From Candidatus Hydrogenedentota bacterium (GTDB taxonomy: Bacteria; Hydrogenedentota; Hydrogenedentia; Hydrogenedentales; SLHB01), in NCBI GenBank assembly GCA_963745075.1, contig CAVUWV010000015.1:190088-254087 (forward strand): a stretch of DNA of 64,000 nucleotides, in the 5' to 3' direction. The notes under the pieces were generated by a model. The model ran no database searches. It was not told the DNA's origin and worked only from the letters and a program-made list of their open reading frames with translations. The position numbers and the translations under genes were made by a program. Positions 1 through 10,038 of this stretch are shown here, piece by piece (within the stretch, counting starts at the first letter, position 1; every line of letters starts with the position of its first letter).

Positions 1-2262
1 ACCGATCACCTCGATCGTCAATTCCACGGGCTCGCCGGACTTGCATTCCAACGGCTCCGTCACGCGCACGCTACCGATCACTTCCGGCAGCGCCGCGACA
101 AGTTTTCCGCGTGCGGCGGGAAGGTGCAGCGAAAACGCTGCGTGAGCGTCTTGCGTTTGATACTCGATCCGCTTGCGCTGAAGCATGTCGTAGAGCACCG
201 GGCGATCGGTCACGTCCACACTAACCTGCGCCGTCTGCGGGACGCCCAGTTCGAAACGCAGTTTCCATTGACCAAACCTGGCTCCATAAGTCCGGTCGTC
301 GTTGACGAAAAAGTAGTAACGCGCGTCGCCCGCTTCGAGCGCGTTGGTGAGCACACGCAGACTCTCCGACGATGCCGGACGTACGACCCCGGCCAGCAGC
401 GGCGCGAGTTCCTTCGCGTACCCTTCCATCATCTCGCGCATGGCTTCGGCCGTCATCGCGTCGCCCTCGGCCAAGGCCTTCCCGTCCACCTTAAGCTGTG
501 GCGTGAAGTCGAACGCGGTTCGCTGCACGTTCGGAATTGAGGCACGAAGTGATTGATCCGCGATCACCGTTCCGCCGTTCGCGGCAAACACCTTGATCCG
601 GTCGACCATGGATTGCGTCAAGGTGTCGGCTCTCGGCATGACAAGCACGCGGTACTGGTCCAGCGCGCCTTCGACGATGTCGTCGTCGAGGAGCACGTCG
701 AAGGGTACGTGGTTCATCATCAACAATGTGGCGTAGGGCAACGTTTGTTCGTTCGGATAGCCGGGCAAACGCGGACTGGCCGAGAACCACGTCGATGCCG
801 CCGACATCAATACGGCCACCTCCGGATGCACGCGCCGGCTCGCGCGAATCATGGGGCCGAAAGGCTTCACCAATTCGTCGCAAGTTTGCCCGATTGCGTC
901 GAAGGTTTCCGGCGAACTGTAGGTTGGGTCCAACGTCGGATTGTCGGGAGAGAGCCTGCCGGCCGAGTAATAGCACAGGATGTCCGGTCGCTGCGACACG
1001 ACCAACCACGTGGCTTCCCGGGCATAGTCCGGCCCCGCCGTAAAATAGGGATCATTCCCCGCGAAGTCCTGGCTCATATCCGCGGTCGAGTCGTCCAGCG
1101 CCACCGCGTACCGTCCGTACACGAAGAGCGTAATATCCTGCTGCACAAACTGGTGCTCCGGTCGTGCCGCCGCCTGGAGGTACGTCGTGTAACACAGGCG
1201 TTTGATATCAGGATGTCCGTAGGTCCAGGTCGCGATGCAGTCGAGCCCTTTCATGGCGTTCCGCACGGGCGCGAGCCGGTACGGTTCATGCCACGTAATC
1301 GCGTCAGGACGGAACTCCTTCACGATGGCGTTCTGCGCCGCGTTCAAGACTGCCGTGCCGTGACCACGCTGCCACCACCATTGGAGAAATCGGTAATTCG
1401 GCTGATCGTCCGGAATGACGCCGTTCACGATGTCTTCCTTGGGGATGGGAATTAAACCGCCTTTGTCATTAAAGAATTGCCGAATGTCGAGTCCTATTTG
1501 ATCCTGTGCGTCCTGAATGGCCGCCTCGTTGATGCAGAACGGGGTTTGCCATTCCGAATTGAACATGACGTGCCGCATGCCGGGATACTCGGCCCAGGCT
1601 TCCATACTCAAACGCGTCACATCCGCCGCATGGGCAATAACCGCGGGCTCCAACGGATAAACCTTGTCGCTGCGTGTACCGTCCGGCAACAGCGCGAGAC
1701 TATTCTTGTCCTGTTCCAGTTTCTCGGAGTCCAGCGTGCGAAAGTAAAGACCTAACTCAAAATCATGTCGCGTGGCGTTATCGAGGAGCTGGTCGTAGTT
1801 CCGGACCACGGACGTATCCGGTGTAAAAGGATCCTTCGGCGCGAAGATGAAGGCCCCGGTGAACCCGCGTTGCTCCCACCACTCTGGATTCGCATTGCCG
1901 CCGCCCCACCGCCATACCGGAATTCGTTCGCCGTCGTGGACGGGTGCGATCGTTATCGGAAGCACCGCTTCTTCACCGGCATCCGTACGCGCTCGCACGA
2001 GATAGTCGCCCGCGCGAAGTACCGACGAATCGATCGAATACTTGCCGGCCCCGTCGGTCACCGCAAGATCCTCCGGCAACCAGCCGTTGATATCCACGTG
2101 CACGGTCGCCACGCCGGGCGCGGACACTCTTACCGCGATCGTCTCGCTCCTCTCGAAGACCTGACGGTTCGAAGGAAGCTTCAACGCCAAGTCGGAATGT
2201 GCTCTACATAGGCAAAACGTCAGCGCAAACAGAGACACGAGCAGACACTGCGCGAATCGCAT
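1..2262 (-). CDS. Large secreted glycoside-hydrolase-like protein (GH42/beta-galactosidase trimerization-like C-terminal region); 3' end runs off the window
   Basis: Manual minus-strand translation from ATG 2262 (MRFAQCLLVSLFALTFCLCRAHS signal peptide, GAGGGGG RBS) stays open for more than 740 codons. It contains VAVLMS...VPFDVLLDDDIVEGALDQYRVLVMPRADTL...FAANGGTVIAD, typical of the GATase-like trimerization domain. Absent from the ORF track because no stop falls in the window. Confidence 0.7.
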   Translation of the reverse strand, partial: MRFAQCLLVSLFALTFCLCRAHSDLALKLPSNRQVFERSETIAVRVSAPGVATVHVDINGWLPEDLAVTDGAGKYSIDSSVLRAGDYLVRARTDAGEEAVLPITIAPVHDGERIPVWRWGGGNANPEWWEQRGFTGAFIFAPKDPFTPDTSVVRNYDQLLDNATRHDFELGLYFRTLDSEKLEQDKNSLALLPDGTRSDKVYPLEPAVIAHAADVTRLSMEAWAEYPGMRHVMFNSEWQTPFCINEAAIQDAQDQIGLDIRQFFNDKGGLIPIPKEDIVNGVIPDDQPNYRFLQWWWQRGHGTAVLNAAQNAIVKEFRPDAITWHEPYRLAPVRNAMKGLDCIATWTYGHPDIKRLCYTTYLQAAARPEHQFVQQDITLFVYGRYAVALDDSTADMSQDFAGNDPYFTAGPDYAREATWLVVSQRPDILCYYSAGRLSPDNPTLDPTYSSPETFDAIGQTCDELVKPFGPMIRASRRVHPEVAVLMSAASTWFSASPRLPGYPNEQTLPYATLLMMNHVPFDVLLDDDIVEGALDQYRVLVMPRADTLTQSMVDRIKVFAANGGTVIADQSLRASIPNVQRTAFDFTPQLKVDGKALAEGDAMTAEAMREMMEGYAKELAPLLAGVVRPASSESLRVLTNALEAGDARYYFFVNDDRTYGARFGQWKLRFELGVPQTAQVSVDVTDRPVLYDMLQRKRIEYQTQDAHAAFSLHLPAARGKLVAALPEVIGSVRVTEPLECKSGEPVELTIEVIG

Positions 2263-2274
2263 TGTTACCCCCTC

Positions 2275-5241
2275 TTACTTTCGAATAATCGCCGCCGACC
2301 AGTCTTCGCCTATGCGCAGCTCCGTATACGTCTTGCCGTCGAGGGTCACGGTCGGCGCGGCAAAGTCCTCGACCTCCCGGCCTGTATCGTCAAACACATG
2401 GACCTCACGGTCCGACGCATCGCCCCAACCGTAGAGGCCGCTCGTCTTCGTAATGATGCGTTCGTTGCCGATGATATATCCCGCGTGCAGTTCCAGGGGC
2501 GTGATGGGATACATGTATCGGGTCAGATGATGATGCGTGGGAATCACGTTCACGTCGTTGTACCAATGATAGACACAGCCGTAGTCCAACGCCGCCAGCA
2601 TCGTGCGATACGCGTCGAGTTCGCTCCGTTCGGTCAGGTGATCGCCCAGGGCGATGGGCGAATAGAGATGGGCTTGCGTACAATGCGTGATACTTCCAGT
2701 CTCGACAAAACATGGAAATTTCAAGGCGGCCATGGCCCGCGTACGCGGAGGGCCGTTGCCAATGAGCGGCCCGCGAGACAAGATGTATTTCGCGAGATCG
2801 AGACGCCACGGTTCGGTCAACAGTGTGACCGAAGACTTGAGCCGCGTCACGGTCATCTTGGTGGGATCGATGTCCCCGGTAAAGCGGTCCCACGGATCGC
2901 CGTAGTGGTACGCCCACCGGCTGTACTCGTGCTCGTCCCAGTAGACGCCTTCGGCCTTGATGTCATCGAGAATGACGTCGACGTTCTTCGCCACCGCCGG
3001 TCCATACGAATTGTCCTTCATCGGAAGATAGATCTTGTGCACTTCCTGACCGTAATCCGCCTGTGAGCCGTCAGGCCGCAGCAGACGGGCGTCGGCAAAT
3101 CGCTCCGGACCGTCCTCCGTCACGTCGATGAAGCAGTGAAAGTAGACGAGATTCTGCACGCCCGGCACCAACGCCCGGCGGCGCGCGAAGGCATTGCGGT
3201 AGTTGTCGTGAGTGATGCGTTGGAAGGCCGTGCCGTGCGGGTACTCGCCGTTGTACCGGGGATAATCGATGGATGCGCAAACGTATTTCGCGTCTTTGAA
3301 CGTGATGAAGTTCGCGGTCTGTTCATCGGTCCAATCGTCCGTTAACGGACCCGCGCGGAAAAAGGCGAAGGCGCCATCGATGAGAAAGTTCGCGCCCACC
3401 AGGGGCCGGGCGATATTGATAAAACGCCAATAATCCGGCGTATCTGACGGCACAATGGCCCACTCGGCGGTAAACGTCGCGTCCGGCGGCACCACGAGGT
3501 TGTTGTCGGCAAGGCCCACTGTCCCATCGACGCCGTAGTTCGTAATGTGATTTCGCATGACGTCACTCAACGGCAGGAGGCCAATTCCCGACGTGGCAGT
3601 GGTGGCGAATGTCGTCGGGTTGGCCGGCTCGTTTCCCGAACCGCTTAAGGCGGCTTGTTCGAGGCCGGAGAGCCACAGTCCTTTCAAGCGCGGGCCAAGC
3701 GCCACCTCGTGGCGTTGCATGATGGGCAGATTCTCGCTCGTGCGATTGGTAAACGTGTCGCGCACCACGACGGCGCCGTCGCCTTCCTCCATCGTCCGGG
3801 TATAGTCGAAGTAATCATTCGCGCCGTGCACCCATTCCGGTTTCGGCGTCGAGAACCGCGAGGCGACCGTGTACACGTCGTCGCCGACTGTCACCGTGAC
3901 TACGCCGTTCCCTTCCTCTTCGGCGCTAAACTCGACCGTCCGGCGCACTGGTTCGTATCGTTCCAGTGGGCCGGAAGGGGGACCCGCTTTTGCCTCCGCC
4001 GGAGGCGCGGGTGCTCGAAACAGCAGCTTTCCGTCCCCGGCCACAAGGACATTGTCGACCGATTCCGCTGCGGCATTTGCAATGCGAAGCGTATTGTCCC
4101 CCGGATGAATCAGGTCCGTCACATTCAACTCGAAGTCACAGGCCTTGATTCCGTCCAGCAGACCGTAATGGTTGTCCGTGTCCGGGCTTTCAAAATCTGG
4201 GCTGTAATACGTTGAATACCGGTCCCCCGCCGCCATGGAATACACTTGGCCACCGCGCGATTTAGCGCGCAACGGTTTGTTGACGAGTCGATCGCTGCTG
4301 AGGGTTTCCCCATTGACGGAGACCTGCAACGCGGGTGTATGACCCGCAACGCGATCCGTTTGCATCCGGGCTTTCAGAGCTACGATCGTGTCGCGACCTT
4401 CCGGAACGCCATCGACCTTAAACGCAAACTCCTTTGACGCCCCGCGCTCCAGTTCGACGGTATCGTAGATCGTCAACTCGGATGCCGCCGGCTTTGCGAC
4501 GCCGTCTGCGCCCGCAAGCGCGGCAAATCGCAGGCGTGAGCGGGTATGCTCCCACTTCGCGGATGATGTCGTCATTAGCGATTCTTGCGCGGGTTCCGAA
4601 CTGTCCGTGTCGGAAAGCCCCACCTCGACCCGCAGCGTCATGCCTTCCGCGGGTTGCGGCACACCGAGCAAGGTCCACGGGATCGCGGCTTCCAACGTGT
4701 ACCCATGTTCGGTCTGCTTGGACGCGACCAAGGCGCCCGCAGCGGGACCTTTCAGGGGCCGGTACACGAATACCTCCGGCTCGGTATCAATGAGCGGGTC
4801 GCCGGTTTCCCCGAAGTTTCCGGGGCTGATCGCAATCTGAAACTGACCTTCGCCGAAAGAATTCCGATCCGGCTCAACCTCGGGCGACACGTCCAAATAG
4901 AGCTCGATGTGATCGCCCTTCCACAGCGAATCCCCGCGCTGGGTCTGCCGAATCATGTCGTCCGTTACCTCGGCGGCAACAAACAGATATTCATTCCGCC
5001 AGGCGATGTGAACGGTTCCGCTGAGGTCGGCCGCATCGTTCCACATGCCCGCACCCCACACGACCTGCGCCGCGTCGCTCAACGTCATCGCGTTGGGCAC
5101 GACATTCCAGTCCCCGAGATCTCCGTCTACGGCGATGGGCGGGTCCGGCTTAAGTGGAATGCCGATGATGTCTTCGGCGATAGCTTGGCATGCCACCACG
5201 ACGCAGACAACCAACAACGATGCGATGAATACTCTCTTCAT
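2275..5241 (-). CDS. Secreted sugar-binding (CBM9-like) domain protein with a putative C-terminal glycoside hydrolase TIM-barrel
   Basis: Signal peptide MKRVFIASLLVVCVVVACQAIA. CBM9-like PIAVDGDLGDW...LFVAAEVTDD...GDHIELYLD...YTLEAAIPW. C-terminal GVYWDE motif. Start moved to ATG 5241. Confidence 0.7.
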   Translation of the reverse strand: MKRVFIASLLVVCVVVACQAIAEDIIGIPLKPDPPIAVDGDLGDWNVVPNAMTLSDAAQVVWGAGMWNDAADLSGTVHIAWRNEYLFVAAEVTDDMIRQTQRGDSLWKGDHIELYLDVSPEVEPDRNSFGEGQFQIAISPGNFGETGDPLIDTEPEVFVYRPLKGPAAGALVASKQTEHGYTLEAAIPWTLLGVPQPAEGMTLRVEVGLSDTDSSEPAQESLMTTSSAKWEHTRSRLRFAALAGADGVAKPAASELTIYDTVELERGASKEFAFKVDGVPEGRDTIVALKARMQTDRVAGHTPALQVSVNGETLSSDRLVNKPLRAKSRGGQVYSMAAGDRYSTYYSPDFESPDTDNHYGLLDGIKACDFELNVTDLIHPGDNTLRIANAAAESVDNVLVAGDGKLLFRAPAPPAEAKAGPPSGPLERYEPVRRTVEFSAEEEGNGVVTVTVGDDVYTVASRFSTPKPEWVHGANDYFDYTRTMEEGDGAVVVRDTFTNRTSENLPIMQRHEVALGPRLKGLWLSGLEQAALSGSGNEPANPTTFATTATSGIGLLPLSDVMRNHITNYGVDGTVGLADNNLVVPPDATFTAEWAIVPSDTPDYWRFINIARPLVGANFLIDGAFAFFRAGPLTDDWTDEQTANFITFKDAKYVCASIDYPRYNGEYPHGTAFQRITHDNYRNAFARRRALVPGVQNLVYFHCFIDVTEDGPERFADARLLRPDGSQADYGQEVHKIYLPMKDNSYGPAVAKNVDVILDDIKAEGVYWDEHEYSRWAYHYGDPWDRFTGDIDPTKMTVTRLKSSVTLLTEPWRLDLAKYILSRGPLIGNGPPRTRAMAALKFPCFVETGSITHCTQAHLYSPIALGDHLTERSELDAYRTMLAALDYGCVYHWYNDVNVIPTHHHLTRYMYPITPLELHAGYIIGNERIITKTSGLYGWGDASDREVHVFDDTGREVEDFAAPTVTLDGKTYTELRIGEDWSAAIIRK

Positions 5242-5366
5242 TTGATATACCCCGGCAAGCGATGTGGGCGTTTCCGCGTCAGGCCAGCATAGCAGGTGAA
5301 GTATTGGCGGGACCAATCGCCGCGGCAGGGACAACGTATCCTTCCCCTGTCGTCGGGCAATCGCTG

Positions 5367-6749
5367 CTATTCGTGTACGAGCAGCTTTCGGAGCGAGCCG
5401 AGCAACACGTCCTCAACCCTAGGCGAAGTGAGAGACGCCTCCGGGCTGGTCTCGTAGCCGCCTTCGGCGTAGGCGACCGCCGTGCCAATGTAACCGGGCC
5501 CGCAATCCCCGTAGGCCGCCATGCAGACCATAATGTCCGGACGGAGCGCCTGGGCGGCCAACTGGTATTCGACAAACAACTCGCCGGGCATGTGAACGAT
5601 GGCGACGGGACCCAGGTTGAGCAGGCCAATCGTAATCTTCTTGCCCTCTGCGACGCGTTCCCGGTATGCGATTTCGCCGATGGCGCTCATGCGGACGTTC
5701 TCCTCGGCATTCTCGTCCATGAATTTGGCCCGTTCCGCTTCCAGCGTCGTTCCTTCGCGGGGCGGCAATACAACGTCGTCGGCGACCCATTCCACGTCAC
5801 TTGCGGAAAGCGGATACTTCGTCGTATTCTCCCAAGCACGCCGCATCCCGTCCGCGAGCCGGCCGGCGAGTACCGGCCGGTTCTGAGGAGAGCCGTCATT
5901 CCATTTTCCCGCGCCGAGGTTGCCGCCCGCACCGTCAAAGTGTATGCAGGTCACGCCGGGTAAGGCCTTTTCGCGCATGGACCGCGCTATTCCGGGAAAG
6001 TCGGCGCTTATCATTCCCTGGCCGTAATGACTCTGGGGATGGGTCGCGTAATAGGTCATGACAACCAACGGCGTGTCGCCATCCCAAAAGCTCACCGCTT
6101 TCAAATACGGATCGATGGTGCCCACCGGAAACGCACGGACTTCCGGATCTGCCGTCGCCGTCCAGCGCATGAATTGAACCTTGCCGTCCGGCCCGAGGAT
6201 GCGCCGGTTGGAAGCTACGTTTTCGACCTCCGCCCCGCCGATGCCCACCTGCGTGATCGGGTGCGGATGTTTGATTGCCTCCGCAACTTCGTTGGCGGTG
6301 CGCCGGATGCAATCGCGCGCAAACGCCGGGTCGAACATCGTTCCGCCAACCCCTTGCGACGCGGCGAGGTCTTCCATCGTAAAGTCGCAAAAGGGGGCGT
6401 CGTGCTGATGCAGCGTGTGAACGGAAACCCGCGACACATCCGTGTTCGCTGATTCCGCGATGGCCTCCCGCCACGCATCGTGCCCGCCGTTCGCGATGCT
6501 GACCCAGTCAATGGCGCACAAAACAATTGGCTTTTGTCCCGCCGGAAGAATGACAATCCCTCGCGCGCTCAGTGGATCGGTCACCGCCCGGGCGGGCATG
6601 CGGGCCCCGCCACAGAGGACGGAACCCAACGGCGGCGTGACTTCCGCCTGGAACGTGGCGATGGATACGTCCTGGCAAAACGCCACAGGGGCGACCAGTA
6701 CCGTCAATAGAACAATCGCAAATCCGAACCGTCGCATCGTCACGTTCAC
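5367..6749 (-). CDS. Secreted neutral/alkaline ceramidase-like hydrolase family protein (paralog 1)
   Basis: Motifs VTPPLG, DPLSARGIV, HTLHQHDAP, YYATHPQSHY, ADFPG, GAGGN, HMPGELFVEYQL, GYIGT...GGYE; signal peptide. Confidence 0.7.
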   Translation of the reverse strand: MNVTMRRFGFAIVLLTVLVAPVAFCQDVSIATFQAEVTPPLGSVLCGGARMPARAVTDPLSARGIVILPAGQKPIVLCAIDWVSIANGGHDAWREAIAESANTDVSRVSVHTLHQHDAPFCDFTMEDLAASQGVGGTMFDPAFARDCIRRTANEVAEAIKHPHPITQVGIGGAEVENVASNRRILGPDGKVQFMRWTATADPEVRAFPVGTIDPYLKAVSFWDGDTPLVVMTYYATHPQSHYGQGMISADFPGIARSMREKALPGVTCIHFDGAGGNLGAGKWNDGSPQNRPVLAGRLADGMRRAWENTTKYPLSASDVEWVADDVVLPPREGTTLEAERAKFMDENAEENVRMSAIGEIAYRERVAEGKKITIGLLNLGPVAIVHMPGELFVEYQLAAQALRPDIMVCMAAYGDCGPGYIGTAVAYAEGGYETSPEASLTSPRVEDVLLGSLRKLLVHE

Positions 6750-6774
6750 TACCCCCTCCTTGTGTCGGCCACCG

Positions 6775-8145
6775 CTACCGTTGGAGCAACTTCCGTAGCG
6801 ACCCCATCAACACTTCCTCCACGGCAGGCGCGGTGCGGGAAACGTACAACCCGGTCTCGTATCCGCCCTCGTCGTATGCCACGGCGGTACCGATGTAGCC
6901 GGGACCGTAATCTCCGTACGCCGCCATGCAGACCAGGATTTCTGGACGCAGCGCTTGTGCCGCCAGTTGGTACTCCACAAAAAGTTCTCCCGGCATGTGG
7001 AGCACATACGCCGGACCGAGTTTAAGCAACCCGATTGTGATCTTCTTCCCCGCCTCGTGGCGTTCAAGAAAGGCCACCTCGCGAGCAGCCCCCATACGGG
7101 CATTATCATCCAGACTCGTGTCGGTAAGACGTTTCCGTTCGCCGTCGAGTGTGATCTCCTCGCGCGGCGGCAGTACAACTTCGTCGGTAATCCACTCCAC
7201 ATCGGTCGCGGCCAACGGCGTTCTTTTCGTATTCTCCCAAGCTTTCCGCATGCCGTCGGCAAGGCGGCCGGCCAGGACCGGACGGTTCTCAGGTGCTCCG
7301 TCGTTCCACTTCCCCGCGCCGATGTTACCTCCCGCGCCGTCGAAGTGGATAAACGCGACGCCCGGTATTTCTTTTTCCCGCATGGATCGCGCCATGCCCG
7401 GGAAATCGGCGCTGACCATCCCTTCCCCATAATGGCTCTGTGGATGGGTTGCGTAGTAGGTCATAACCACGAGCGGTTTGTCGCCGTCCCAAAAGCTGAT
7501 GGCCTTCAACATGGGATCGATGGTGCCCACGGGGAAGGCGCGCACCTTCGGGTCCGTGGTCGCCGTCCAGCGAACGTATTGCACTTTGCCGTCGGGCCCG
7601 AGGATACGCCGATTGGAAGCCACCTTCTCGACTTCGGCTTGGCCGATGCCGATGTAAGTGACTGGCTGCGGGTTCTTCATGGCTTCGACCACCGCATCGG
7701 CGGTCCGTTGAATGCACTCGTGCGCAAATTCGACATTGAACATCCGCCCGCTCATGCCCTGCCCGGCAATCAGTCGTTCCGTATCGAAATCGCAGAACGG
7801 CGCATCGTGCTGATGCAACGTATGGACGGACACGCGGGACACGTCCGTCTTCGCCGCTTCGGCCAAGGCGGTCTCCCAATCGTCGTGGCCGCCATTCGCG
7901 ATACCGACCCAATCGACGGCGCACAAGACGATAGGGTCCTGCCCCTCGGGCAGGATGACGATCCCGCGCGCGCTGAGGGGATCCGTGATTTCCTTGGCGG
8001 GCTTGACGGCGCCTCCGCACAACGGCGCTCCCAACGGCGGCGTTGCGTCGACCCGGTACGTCGCAATTGCCACGTCCTGCGCCATCGCATACGGAACCGC
8101 AATGAACGTCAGTATCACGAGAATGGATTGGAAACGTCGCATCAT
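6775..8145 (-). CDS. Secreted neutral/alkaline ceramidase-like hydrolase family protein (paralog 2)
   Basis: Same motifs as 5367-6749 with long identical stretches; signal peptide. Confidence 0.7.
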   Translation of the reverse strand: MMRRFQSILVILTFIAVPYAMAQDVAIATYRVDATPPLGAPLCGGAVKPAKEITDPLSARGIVILPEGQDPIVLCAVDWVGIANGGHDDWETALAEAAKTDVSRVSVHTLHQHDAPFCDFDTERLIAGQGMSGRMFNVEFAHECIQRTADAVVEAMKNPQPVTYIGIGQAEVEKVASNRRILGPDGKVQYVRWTATTDPKVRAFPVGTIDPMLKAISFWDGDKPLVVMTYYATHPQSHYGEGMVSADFPGMARSMREKEIPGVAFIHFDGAGGNIGAGKWNDGAPENRPVLAGRLADGMRKAWENTKRTPLAATDVEWITDEVVLPPREEITLDGERKRLTDTSLDDNARMGAAREVAFLERHEAGKKITIGLLKLGPAYVLHMPGELFVEYQLAAQALRPEILVCMAAYGDYGPGYIGTAVAYDEGGYETGLYVSRTAPAVEEVLMGSLRKLLQR

Positions 8146-8193
8146 TCCTCCAATTCCGGTTCGGTTGACCTTTGCGCTGTTTGGCGCAGTGTA

Positions 8194-9102
8194 TCATGCC
8201 GCGTCGGCTGGAGCCTCCTTTGTCTCGCGATGTGCGTCGAGAAAAGTCTTGATATCGGCGAGCAATTCGCTGCCCAGCGCGGTAAGATGATTTGCGCCCT
8301 CAATGTACTTCACTTCGTGATTCGACATGACCCCCGTGAGCCGGTCCACGCCGGCCCGCAACGGGTCTTCGGTCCCCACCACGGACAGCGTCGGCACCGT
8401 ATTCGCACGAAGTTCGTCTTCGGTAACGGCTAACTCCCCCATACTCCGGATCACGGCCGCGAGGGCCTTCGGATCATTGATGGAATTCAGTTGCCAGTTC
8501 GTCAACCGTGTCGCGAGCCATCCCGGTCCTTTCCCCTCGGGATCGAGCATGACGAACAGGGGCCGAAAATCGCCCCGGGATTCGAGCGCCTCGGCGAGGC
8601 GTTCCCGAAAGTCGGACCCTTCACCGGGCGGTCCCCAACCGGCCCCACACGGCGCGGCGCTGATTACCCGCTCCGGATACATGGCGAGCAACTTCAACGT
8701 GATGAAGCCCCCCATCGAATATCCCACGATATGGGCCTTTTCTATCTCGAGGTGGTCCATCAGACGAACCACGTCATCCACCATCTTGATCCCGTATTGA
8801 TCCGAGTCGTGGGGTTTGCCGCTGAGCCCGTGACCGCGCGCGTCCAGCGCTATCACGCGATAGTCCCGGGCCAGCGCCTCGGTAATGCCCGGAACGCGCC
8901 AATTCAGGTCCGCGTTCGCCGCGAACCCGTGAATGAGAATGACCGGTTCGCCTTGCCCCTCGACCGTGTAGTGAATGCGGATGCCGTCGGAATCGAAGAA
9001 CTGGCCAACGACGCGGTGGTGCCACCGGTACGCAAAAAACGCATAGCCTGCGCCCAGCAATAACACCAACACCAGAATCGTAACTGCGATCCGCGTCTTC
9101 AC
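8194..9102 (-). CDS. Alpha/beta fold hydrolase with N-terminal membrane anchor
   Basis: ILIHGF oxyanion loop, DARGHGLS, GYSMGG nucleophile elbow, GTEDP and GANH catalytic Asp/His. GTG 9102 preferred as start. Confidence 0.88.
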   Translation of the reverse strand: MKTRIAVTILVLVLLLGAGYAFFAYRWHHRVVGQFFDSDGIRIHYTVEGQGEPVILIHGFAANADLNWRVPGITEALARDYRVIALDARGHGLSGKPHDSDQYGIKMVDDVVRLMDHLEIEKAHIVGYSMGGFITLKLLAMYPERVISAAPCGAGWGPPGEGSDFRERLAEALESRGDFRPLFVMLDPEGKGPGWLATRLTNWQLNSINDPKALAAVIRSMGELAVTEDELRANTVPTLSVVGTEDPLRAGVDRLTGVMSNHEVKYIEGANHLTALGSELLADIKTFLDAHRETKEAPADAA

Positions 9103-9196
9103 GAGCGTGTTACTCCGTCGATTCCTCTGAAACAGAAGAGCCGCCGTCGCGCCCGGCATGCCTCACGCGACGGCGGCTCAATACCATCCAACGTGA

Positions 9197-9973
9197 CTAC
9201 ATTCCCGCTTTGCCGAGGCCGATCTCTGCGGCCTTCCGTACGGGCGCCTCTTCCTTATCCCCAGTCAGGGCCTTGTAAATCGTTGCGGCATCCGCGGCGT
9301 TACCGGACGCAAGCAAATCCTCAGCCACGAGAAGTTGGGCGTCGGACACGGATCGTGCCAGGCTCGGATCGACGTTGCCCTTGACCTTGTACAGCGCCTT
9401 CGCAGCGTCCTTACCGCCGATCTTGCCAATCGCCGCAATGGCGCACTCGGCCACGACATGATCGTCGCCGGTTGCGAGCTTGCTCAATGGCTTCAACGCG
9501 GCTGCCGTGCGACGGTCACCCAGGGAATTGATGACCCCCGGAATGGATACCGAGTCGGCGTTGTCCAACGCATTCAACAGCACGGCGTCGGCCTTCGCAC
9601 CCTGCATGCGCTGGATTGCATACCGGGCCATGTCGGCCGTACGGGCGTCCAACAGCAACGGTTCAAGCGCGGGAAGGTTCTCCTCCGAACCGATCACCGC
9701 GAGCTGCCGGCACACGAACTGTTTGCCGTCCATCGTCGTGTTTCCGGAAAGCAACCCTTCGAGCGCATGAGCGATTCCACGGCGCTCCCGATCTTTGTCG
9801 ATGTACATCCGGACCCAGTCCTCCGCGACCAGCAGGGGCACCCGGCTCTTTCCGTATTCGTACGTCGCAATTTGTTGAAGCAATTCATCGGCGGTCAGCG
9901 CCGAAGCCGGGATCGCCATCATCGCGGCGCATCCCAGCGCGAGTATCGTCCCAAACGTCTTCGTTCTCTTCAT
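9197..9973 (-). CDS. Secreted HEAT-repeat protein
   Basis: Signal peptide; helical repeats (CRQLAVIG, ARYAIQRM, INSLGDRR, IAAIGKIGG). Confidence 0.8.
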   Translation of the reverse strand: MKRTKTFGTILALGCAAMMAIPASALTADELLQQIATYEYGKSRVPLLVAEDWVRMYIDKDRERRGIAHALEGLLSGNTTMDGKQFVCRQLAVIGSEENLPALEPLLLDARTADMARYAIQRMQGAKADAVLLNALDNADSVSIPGVINSLGDRRTAAALKPLSKLATGDDHVVAECAIAAIGKIGGKDAAKALYKVKGNVDPSLARSVSDAQLLVAEDLLASGNAADAATIYKALTGDKEEAPVRKAAEIGLGKAGM

Positions 9974-10038
9974 CGTTATCCCCTTGCACATATGGTGTGC
10001 TTCGTTATTGATCCTTCATCTTCGTACACGCCGCGACA

